Assembly: GCA_015068965.1 (NCBI GenBank)
Contig: SVJN01000001.1
Coordinates: 1-53,538 of the forward strand
From: Oscillospiraceae bacterium
GTDB lineage: Bacteria; Bacillota; Clostridia; UBA1381
Length of the DNA: 53,538 bases
Reading direction: 5' to 3'
Shown here: in pieces, positions 46,664 to 53,538 of the stretch
How the letters are laid out: the number at the start of each line of letters is the position of its first letter
How positions within the stretch are numbered: the first letter of the stretch is position 1
Translations under genes and position numbers: made by a program
The notes under the pieces: model-generated
What the model saw: only the letters and a program-made list of their open reading frames with translations
Database searches by the model: none
What the model was told of the DNA's origin: nothing

Positions 46664-48049
46664 ATGAACATGTATGCGAAAAAAGTTTTATCAATTGTTT
46701 GCGCAATCGCATGTTGCACATCGGTACTCGGCGGTTGTGGGAAAAAGGAGAGCGCTGATAACAAAAATGTAACATTACGATTGTGGATTAAGCCATCGCA
46801 GGATGCGACCGAAGCTGATTTGATTACGCATGAAAGATTAATGGAGGATTTGACAGAAAAATTCCCGGAAATCAATTTTGATATTGCACTACCGCCGCAG
46901 GGGGCTGATTACCGTCAGGAGTACGATAAGGCTTTGATGGCAGGAACAGCTCCGGCGTTTGTCAACATTTTCTCCTATACAGATATTCCGCAAAGAATCA
47001 AGAATGAAACGGTTGCAGATATCACAAAGTATGTTGAAAATTGGGAACTGAAAAAGGAAGGAAAAATCCTCGATATTTTTGATGATGCAATTTCCGATGA
47101 TGGAAAATGGTATGCACTTCCGCATAAAGCATATGTTCAGGCAACACTTTGTAATGTAAAGACATTGGAAGCTGCAGGAATCACAAAAGAAAATTATCCG
47201 ACAACCTGGGAAGAGTTTGCAGAGCTGGGTGAAAAAATTACTGATATGAGCATTCCGCGTATCGGTTATTCCTTAATTGGAATGGACTGGTGTGCTTGGC
47301 CGTTTACTGCATGGGTATGGTCAGCCGGCGGTGAAATGGTGAGAGAAAATGAAGATGGTACCTATCAGCTTGCATTTAATGAAGAACCGGCAGTAGATGC
47401 TGCAATGTTTATGAATGAAATGATCTGGAAGCGGAAGATGACGCAAAAGGATGTTTTGCTTGACTACAATGATATTAAGACAAACGTTTTCAACGGTTCC
47501 TCTTGCTTCGCTTTTCTGGGCTTCAGTGAATTGAAGCAGGAAGAATTAGAGCAATATGGTCTGAATGTATCTGATTATATTGATATGCCGATGCCTGTAA
47601 AGGATGCATCCATTCCGAGACCGGCATTAGCAGGCGGTGAGGTTATTACCTTTAATCCGACATTGAGTCAGGAAGAGATGGATGCTGCGTTTGCAGTTGC
47701 GGAATATATGTATTTCAGCGATGAACGGATGCAGGTAGAGTGTGATGAGAGAGTTGAATTTAATGCTTCCATCAATGTTATGATTCCTGGTCGTGTTGAT
47801 TGGTTTGAAAAACGTCTTGCATCGAATCAAGGCGTTACTCAAGAACAAATTGCTGCATTAAATCAACTCAGAGAAAATGCAAAGGCTGAACCGTACTGTG
47901 AGCATTGGAGTGATTTGAAGACCGCATTGGTTGCTCCGTTGCAAACAATTTATCTGACGGAAAATATTACAAGAGAGGAAGCAAAGAAATTGCTGGATGA
48001 GTGTGCAGAAAAGTTATACTCATTATATCCTGATACATTTAAAAAATAA
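46664..48049 (+). CDS. Sugar ABC transporter substrate-binding lipoprotein
   Basis: 461 aa. Lipobox SVLGGC and family-1 SBP features. Confidence 0.9.
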   Translation: MNMYAKKVLSIVCAIACCTSVLGGCGKKESADNKNVTLRLWIKPSQDATEADLITHERLMEDLTEKFPEINFDIALPPQGADYRQEYDKALMAGTAPAFVNIFSYTDIPQRIKNETVADITKYVENWELKKEGKILDIFDDAISDDGKWYALPHKAYVQATLCNVKTLEAAGITKENYPTTWEEFAELGEKITDMSIPRIGYSLIGMDWCAWPFTAWVWSAGGEMVRENEDGTYQLAFNEEPAVDAAMFMNEMIWKRKMTQKDVLLDYNDIKTNVFNGSSCFAFLGFSELKQEELEQYGLNVSDYIDMPMPVKDASIPRPALAGGEVITFNPTLSQEEMDAAFAVAEYMYFSDERMQVECDERVEFNASINVMIPGRVDWFEKRLASNQGVTQEQIAALNQLRENAKAEPYCEHWSDLKTALVAPLQTIYLTENITREEAKKLLDECAEKLYSLYPDTFKK

Positions 48050-48063
48050 AATATGAGATGTAT

Positions 48064-48099
48064 AAAAGGGTTTGTGAGCATTTGAACAAACCCTTTTTT
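48064..48099 (+). terminator. Intra-operon hairpin / partial terminator between the SBP and permease genes
   Basis: AAAGGGTTTGT-GAGCATTTGA-ACAAACCCTTT with a T6 run. Confidence 0.7.
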
Positions 48100-48118
48100 A
48101 CAACGTTAAGGAGGCAAA

Positions 48119-49030
48119 ATGAAACATTCTATCGAAAGAAACAACAAAATCAAAGCAACGGGAAGTCATGCATTCAGAAAAGAAATGATTGCAGTTTTAT
48201 TATTGTTGCCGGCGTTGGTGTCCATACTGTTATTTAAATATTTTCCGATGCTGCTCGGGTTCTTTGAAACCTTTTTTCAGATGAACATCATCAGGCTGCC
48301 GGGTAAATTTATTGGATTTGATAATTACATCCGTGCTTTGACTGACAGTCAGTTTCTGGGAGCATTTTTTCATAATGTCAAAGCTTTCTGCTATTCGCTG
48401 ATTATGAATTTTTGGGTACCAATTTTATTGGCGATGCTGATTGATGAGGTCAGAGGCGGAAAAACCGCATTTCGTCTTGCATATTTCATTCCTGCCTGTG
48501 CACCGATGATTGCAATGACAGTATTATGGAAGTATTTCTGGCAGCCGGATTACGGTCTTGCCAATTATTTGATGACCACCATAGGTATTTCGGAACAGAT
48601 GTGGCTTAATGATCCCAGGCTGGTTTATTTTTGTATTCATTTTCCGGGACTTGTCATTGGTGGCGGTATGAATATGGTCATCTACCTTGCGGCATTGCAG
48701 GATGTTCCGAGGGAGTTGTATGAGGCGGCTTTTGTTGACGGAGTCGGAGTTTTCAATAGAATCAGATATATTACGTTACCGTGTATTAAAAGTACCATTG
48801 TACTGTTATTGTCGTTGAGTTTGATTAATGCTTTTAATTTAATGGAAAATATTATGGTTTTAACCGGAGGCGGACCTGCAAATTCAACACAGACGATGCT
48901 TCTGTATGCATATCAGCAGGCAACAAACAGTATGGATTACAGCTATGCAATGACGATGGCGACGATTATTTTTGCCATAACAATGACATTGACCGTGGTA
49001 TTTAATCGGATTACCCGGGAGAAGGAATAG
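48119..49030 (+). CDS. Sugar ABC transporter permease (MalF/UgpA-like)
   Basis: 303 aa. EAA loop EAAFVDGVGVFNRIRYITLP. Confidence 0.92.
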   Translation: MKHSIERNNKIKATGSHAFRKEMIAVLLLLPALVSILLFKYFPMLLGFFETFFQMNIIRLPGKFIGFDNYIRALTDSQFLGAFFHNVKAFCYSLIMNFWVPILLAMLIDEVRGGKTAFRLAYFIPACAPMIAMTVLWKYFWQPDYGLANYLMTTIGISEQMWLNDPRLVYFCIHFPGLVIGGGMNMVIYLAALQDVPRELYEAAFVDGVGVFNRIRYITLPCIKSTIVLLLSLSLINAFNLMENIMVLTGGGPANSTQTMLLYAYQQATNSMDYSYAMTMATIIFAITMTLTVVFNRITREKE

Positions 49031-49042
49031 AGGAGAAAAAAG

Positions 49043-49897
49043 ATGGCAGTCATTCAAAATGTAGAACTAAAAAACCCGAAAGGGAAATTATTTCTGACGT
49101 TGATTTATATTATTTTATTGATTGGGGCGGTTGTTCAGTTTCTTCCATTGGTCTGGTTGTTTGTCGGAACATTTAAAACCAATAACGAATTGGTGAGTGC
49201 AATACCGAAATTTTTACCGGAAAAGTGGAGTCTGGATGCTTACATAGAAGCATTTGCGAAGTACGATATCTGGGAAAATATCTACAACACGGTGTTTATG
49301 TGCGTCTCTATTATTGTTGTTCAGACCGTAACGAGTACGTTGGCGGCATTCTCTTTTTCAAAGCTGAAGCCACGGTGCGGTGGATTTGTCTATATGCTGA
49401 TGCTGGGAACACAGATGTTCAGTACAACGGCATTGCTGTTCCCGACCTATATTATGATGACGAAAATGGGCTTAATCGGAAGTAAAGCTTCCTGGATTCT
49501 TACATCAAGTGCCTGGGCATATGCGATTGTACTGTACAAAAACTTTTTTGATAATATTCCCAAGGATTTGATGGAGGCTGCACAAATTGACGGTGCAGGA
49601 ACCTTCCGGCAGATTTTGCACATTATTATTCCTTTGTCAAAGCCGATTTATGCAGTATGTATCTTGAACACATTTATGGCGGTATACAACGACTTTTTGT
49701 TCCCGCTGATGCTTCTTCCGAATGAGAAGGATTGGACGCTGATGATTCGGATTTTCGCCTTGGATAATGCAGGCGGCGTAAAGCAGAACGTTATGTATGT
49801 GTTGCTGTTTGTGACTTGTATTCCGTCAATCGTTTTCTATCTGATGGCACAGCGCAACATTCAGGAAGGTGTGTCAACATCGGGAATTAAGGGTTAA
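49043..49897 (+). CDS. Sugar ABC transporter permease (MalG/UgpE-like)
   Basis: 284 aa. EAA loop EAAQIDGAGTFRQILHIIIP. Confidence 0.92.
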   Translation: MAVIQNVELKNPKGKLFLTLIYIILLIGAVVQFLPLVWLFVGTFKTNNELVSAIPKFLPEKWSLDAYIEAFAKYDIWENIYNTVFMCVSIIVVQTVTSTLAAFSFSKLKPRCGGFVYMLMLGTQMFSTTALLFPTYIMMTKMGLIGSKASWILTSSAWAYAIVLYKNFFDNIPKDLMEAAQIDGAGTFRQILHIIIPLSKPIYAVCILNTFMAVYNDFLFPLMLLPNEKDWTLMIRIFALDNAGGVKQNVMYVLLFVTCIPSIVFYLMAQRNIQEGVSTSGIKG

Positions 49898-49908
49898 AAG
49901 AATATAAT

Positions 49909-49936
49909 AAAAAAAGTGCATATCGCACTTTTTTTA
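49909..49936. terminator. Short bidirectional-looking terminator hairpin
   Basis: AAAAAGTGC-ATATC-GCACTTTTTTT. An A-run and a T-run flank it on both sides, and the T-run is shared with the repeat C dyad. Confidence 0.55.
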
Positions 49937-50114
49937 CTTTATAGGAAACTTCGTTCCTATAAAGTAAAAAGAATTGAATGCCCGTGCGAGATTTTCCGCC
50001 AATAGCGGAAACGCACATGGGCGTAACAAAGCGACTCGCTTCTTCTTACCGCTCTGCATCAGTTCAAAGTACAGGATAATTTTATGGAGCGGTTGCGGCG
50101 AAGCCGCTTTGTTC
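49931..50114 (+). repeat. Structured intergenic repeat of about 185 nt, copy C
   Basis: The dyad is TTTTTACTTTATAGGAA-ACTTCG-TTCCTATAAAGTAAAAA (49931-49970). The stem series matches copy A: 50029-50041 (AAGCG-ACT-CGCTT), 50048-50093 and 50095-50107. Confidence 0.85.
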
Positions 50115-50147
50115 TTATGGAAAATTATTTTGTTGTGACGAATTGCC

Positions 50148-51875
50148 TTATTGTTGTTTTTTGATTCGGATTGTAACGGTGGTTCCTTGCATGGGAACGC
50201 TGGAGTAAGAAAGTCCATAGCCCTTTCCATATTCCAGCTCCAGACGGTTCTGAACATTTTTTACACCGTAACCTACTTTGAAATCGCTTTGTGTTGTAGT
50301 GGTGAGCGGATCGAATGCCATTCCGCTTCCGTTATCAGTAATCCGGAACACGATGTCATCCTCCTCCGGATAACCGCTGATTTCGATAATGCCCTTATGC
50401 GGAATCTGATTAAATGCGTGCTTGATGCAGTTTTCAACAATTGGCTGAATAATGATTTTCAAGGTCATAAAGTCCTCGATGCTCTCATCAATATCGAAAA
50501 AGACATCAAAGGCATTCGGAAAACGTATCTGTTCTACGGTGATGTAGCTTTTTACATGTCGGATTTCGTCTTTAATCATGATTTTATTGTCTCCGTTATG
50601 CAGTCCTAAACGGAAATAGGAGGCGAGGGCGGAGCAGATACGTTCAATTTGCTCCTGATGATTGATTTTTGCAATCCAGCTCATGGAATCCAATGCGTTA
50701 TATACAAAATGCGGGTTGATTTGTGCTTGTAGTGCTGCAAGCTCTGCAACCTTTTGTTTCTTTTTTTCCATATCGTTTTTCTGCATCAGGTCATCAATCT
50801 GATTTTCAAAATCAAGAAATCGTTTTTCTAATGAGAATAGTTCATTGTTTCCGGTTGGTTCAAGAACAATTTTTTCCGGATAGAGACTGATTTTTTTGTT
50901 CAAGGCCGAGATGGAATTTGTCAGATTTTTGGAAAGAAGATATGCTATAAGAAATGCAATAACAAGATTCAGTCCAAAAATGTATACGATAATGGTGTTA
51001 AAATTTTTTAGTGTTTCATAGTAATTATGACTGTCTACAATACTGATCATATCAAAATTACTTCCGGAGAAGGAGGTTGTGGAGTATTTACTGACAAACT
51101 TCCCGGAATTCAGTTCGTTGAGTGTGGCATCCTCGGAGAAGATATAACCGGGAATATACAATTCTTTTCCGAGTTGATTTTTATCCTTGTGTGAAATAAT
51201 ATTTCCGTTACAAGAAAGAAAGGTTTCCGAGTTTTGCAGGGTTGAGTTTTCAAACATGGAAAAAATAGTGTTTTCGTTAATGTAACACTCGATATAGCCG
51301 AGCTCCAGACCGGAATAATAGTTGGAAAGAATTTTTCCGAAAACGATGTAGCTTTGCCCGTTCACGGTAACTGGAGTGTCGTGAAGGAAAATGTTGTAGC
51401 CGTTTGTACCCTTAATAAAGTCGGGCGGGAGTGCCGAAAAGGAGGAGCCGTCGTGGGAAAAACAAAAGGCTTCGCCGGTGTGGGAAATAATGGCTGCTTT
51501 TTCAATAAAATCCATATCCAGCACATTGGATGTAATCAGTTGCCCGATACGTTCCATTTGTTCTGCTTTTGTTTTGGTTTTATCGTTCAGCGAAAGAACC
51601 AGACTTGAATCAAGACTCAAGGGTAGTGTGTACATATGGAGCTGACTGCTCAAATCGGTGATGCTTGTATCAAATTCATTATGAATGTAAGTCATATACT
51701 TTTCCAGATGCTGCGTCAACAGTCCGCTTGCTACATTCTTTGCAAGAAAGAATAATAGCAATGATATGATAAAGCTGGTCAGACCAATCAGCACAGAAAT
51801 TCCTGTACTCAAGCGATATTTCGCATAAATTCTGTTCCATAAGCTTTTCATGGATTTCCTCCTTTCGGAAATCAT
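50148..51875 (-). CDS. YesM-type sensor histidine kinase (2 TM segments, extracytoplasmic sensor, HAMP, His_kinase/HATPase)
   Basis: 575 aa. LQAQINPHFVYNALDS (LytS/YesM-type H box) and a C-terminal HATPase (DNGSGM, GYGVKNV). The start overlaps the upstream stop in an ATGA arrangement. Confidence 0.9.
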   Translation of the reverse strand: MISERRKSMKSLWNRIYAKYRLSTGISVLIGLTSFIISLLLFFLAKNVASGLLTQHLEKYMTYIHNEFDTSITDLSSQLHMYTLPLSLDSSLVLSLNDKTKTKAEQMERIGQLITSNVLDMDFIEKAAIISHTGEAFCFSHDGSSFSALPPDFIKGTNGYNIFLHDTPVTVNGQSYIVFGKILSNYYSGLELGYIECYINENTIFSMFENSTLQNSETFLSCNGNIISHKDKNQLGKELYIPGYIFSEDATLNELNSGKFVSKYSTTSFSGSNFDMISIVDSHNYYETLKNFNTIIVYIFGLNLVIAFLIAYLLSKNLTNSISALNKKISLYPEKIVLEPTGNNELFSLEKRFLDFENQIDDLMQKNDMEKKKQKVAELAALQAQINPHFVYNALDSMSWIAKINHQEQIERICSALASYFRLGLHNGDNKIMIKDEIRHVKSYITVEQIRFPNAFDVFFDIDESIEDFMTLKIIIQPIVENCIKHAFNQIPHKGIIEISGYPEEDDIVFRITDNGSGMAFDPLTTTTQSDFKVGYGVKNVQNRLELEYGKGYGLSYSSVPMQGTTVTIRIKKQQ

Positions 51876-53437
51876 AGATTTCTGAATTTTGTGGGTGTTT
51901 GTCCCATAATGGATTTAAAGATTTTTGCAAATTGCTCCGGATTTCCATAGCCAACCATGTTGGAAATTTCATAAATCTTGTAGTTTGGATTTTTCAGGAG
52001 CTGAGCGGCAATTTTCATGCGGTATTCAGTCAGATAGGCATGAAAAGTTTTCCCGGTTTCCTGCTTGAAAATCTGCATAAAGTAGGAGGCGGAAAGATGA
52101 TGCTCTCTTGCTACGTCCTCTACCGTGAGTGGTTGATTATAGTTATCTATGATGTAGGCGATGATTTGCTGTACCAGAGGATTGTAGCTACAATCCATAT
52201 ATAAATTCGGATTTTCAAAAACCTTTCCTAAAAAGTTGTTAAAGTAGGTCTGGATTTCGCTAATGGTACCGCAATCAGAAATTTCGGTAAACGGGTGGAA
52301 GTTTTCTGAAAATGCGGCTGTCATGCTTTGTTTATCCTTGTATATGGAACGAACAATCATAGAAATGATTTCTGCAAAAGAGTTTTGCAGGTTTGTAATT
52401 TCTACATGCTCATGCTGTTGTATTTTTGAAAAAATCGAATCAGAAATCTGCAATACCCAGCTGAAATCGATTTCTAAAATTGCTTGTATCAGTTCATTGA
52501 TGGTTGCATTATCAATAAAAATTGGTGTTGCCTTTTTTGAAAGAACGTCCTGATAGAATATAATGGCATTATTTCCATAAAGGCTTTTAAAGGAAAGTGC
52601 ATTGGAGGCTTCTAAATATGCGTCTCCGAGATTGGAAATAGAGTCATATTCCGTGCTGACGCCGATAGTCAGATATTTTTTTGTCCGTTCATAAAAGATT
52701 TTTTGCAATGGTTCTAACTGTGCCTTTGTCGGAAGATTTCCATTAGAGCGGATGATTGCAATGACATTAAGCTTTGAAAAAACCCAATAATCGGATAATT
52801 GCGGATAGCTTTTGGAAAACAGTTCAAAGGACTCCAGAATATCATCATGAATATTATTGGATAATTCTAAATCTGTGATTGCCATTTTAGAAAGCTCTGT
52901 GCTGATTACGACATAGGGCGTGAATAAATCAATATTATAGACTTCTGCCTTTTGTTCGATATCAGAGATTGTTTCATTATAAATCAGATGGTTATAAAAG
53001 CTTGCCTTGATACCGGGGAGCTCGCTGTCTAAGAGCGTTAATCGCTGGTCAAGATGGTGTTTTTTAGAGTGTTTTTCTGCAATGTCAAGCAATACAGAAA
53101 TCAGTTCGTTGTTGTCTATCGGCTTTAAAAGATAAGCGGCAGAACCGTTTTCGTATGCCCGTTTTGCATAATCAAACTGACTGTAGCCGGAAAGAATCAC
53201 AAATTCAGTATCAGGATTTTCTAAATGAATCCGTTCAATCAAATCCAAGCCATTGGTATGCTTCATGCGAATGTCGGTTATAACGATATCCGGGGTATGT
53301 TGTTGATACAGGTCATATGCCTTGTCTGCATCCTCTGCACAGCCCATCAGCTGAAATCCGAGTCCGTTCCAGTCAATGGTAGATTTTAAGCCTTCTAAAA
53401 CCCAGAAATCGTCGTCTGCAATCAGAACCTTAAGCAT
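51872..53437 (-). CDS. YesN-type response regulator (CheY receiver plus AraC HTH)
   Basis: VLIADDD...DIVITDIRM receiver domain and a C-terminal AraC HTH (VAREHHLSASYFMQIFKQETG...VGYGNPEQFAKIFK). The ATG at 53437 lies 9 nt after AAGGAGG, whereas the 53446 ATG abuts the RBS. Confidence 0.9.
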   Translation of the reverse strand: MLKVLIADDDFWVLEGLKSTIDWNGLGFQLMGCAEDADKAYDLYQQHTPDIVITDIRMKHTNGLDLIERIHLENPDTEFVILSGYSQFDYAKRAYENGSAAYLLKPIDNNELISVLLDIAEKHSKKHHLDQRLTLLDSELPGIKASFYNHLIYNETISDIEQKAEVYNIDLFTPYVVISTELSKMAITDLELSNNIHDDILESFELFSKSYPQLSDYWVFSKLNVIAIIRSNGNLPTKAQLEPLQKIFYERTKKYLTIGVSTEYDSISNLGDAYLEASNALSFKSLYGNNAIIFYQDVLSKKATPIFIDNATINELIQAILEIDFSWVLQISDSIFSKIQQHEHVEITNLQNSFAEIISMIVRSIYKDKQSMTAAFSENFHPFTEISDCGTISEIQTYFNNFLGKVFENPNLYMDCSYNPLVQQIIAYIIDNYNQPLTVEDVAREHHLSASYFMQIFKQETGKTFHAYLTEYRMKIAAQLLKNPNYKIYEISNMVGYGNPEQFAKIFKSIMGQTPTKFRNL

Positions 53438-53538
53438 GATAATCATCCTCCTTGCTTTGAATGAATTTGTCCATGTCGTTAACCAGTCGGTTTAATAATT
53501 TTTCTGTATGTGCGGTATAAATCCGGATCAGACGGAAT

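Noticed and set aside
1-53538. CRISPR array, cas genes, or tRNA/rRNA genes
   Set aside because: I saw no regularly spaced short direct repeats, no Cas-like ORFs, and no cloverleaf or rRNA-like segments. The only repeat family is the ~185-nt element, which has three widely spaced copies.
53479-53538. Possible 3' end of a further minus-strand gene (...IPSDPDLYRTYRKIIKPTG, then a stop) at the window edge
   Set aside because: Only 19 codons are visible, which is too short to identify or to distinguish from chance.

Overview
This window looks like a chromosomal segment from a Gram-positive anaerobe, probably a gut or rumen member of the Clostridia. That guess rests only on gene content and SLH-anchored surface proteins, and taxonomy cannot be proven from this sequence. 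Positions 1-16.2 kb are mostly housekeeping and small metabolic genes. They include an RluA-type pseudouridine synthase, mnmG, a CE7 acetyl esterase, an AraC-controlled aldolase / GH-like / DgoK-type kinase operon, and a tight co-directional array (GDPD phosphodiesterase, an orphan CARF + PD-(D/E)xK Card1/Can2-like protein, CcdA, a TlpA-like thioredoxin, a DUF2500-like protein, an Imm32-like protein), followed by lepA. A strong terminator follows lepA, and then a large serine recombinase (16.4-18.0 kb, minus strand) sits at the edge of a lower-GC carbohydrate-utilisation island of about 35 kb (18.6-53.4 kb). The island carries two sugar ABC transporters and five tightly packed genes for large secreted multidomain proteins. 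Two of those are paralogous heparinase-II/III-like putative lyases, and two carry SLH-type cell-wall anchors. It also carries a membrane-anchored AraC regulator, a GH105/GH88-type unsaturated uronyl hydrolase, a WbsX/GH99-like protein, a GH127-like protein and a YesM/YesN-type two-component system. Three observations stand out. (1) A structured intergenic repeat of about 185 nt occurs in three direct copies (18161-18345, 46353-46500, 49931-50114). Each copy opens with a perfect 40-bp dyad, compensatory substitutions keep several stems intact, and the copies delimit functional modules next to the divergently oriented serine recombinase. (2) An in-frame TGA at 23803-23805 separates a signal-peptide-bearing 583-aa ORF from a 1222-aa ORF that has no signal peptide, and the first domain of the downstream ORF begins upstream of its only canonical start. 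(3) The CARF-nuclease-like gene has no CRISPR/cas partner in this window. I saw no rRNA, tRNA or CRISPR array. All family assignments come from motif and pattern recognition on the supplied translations, and no database search was run.
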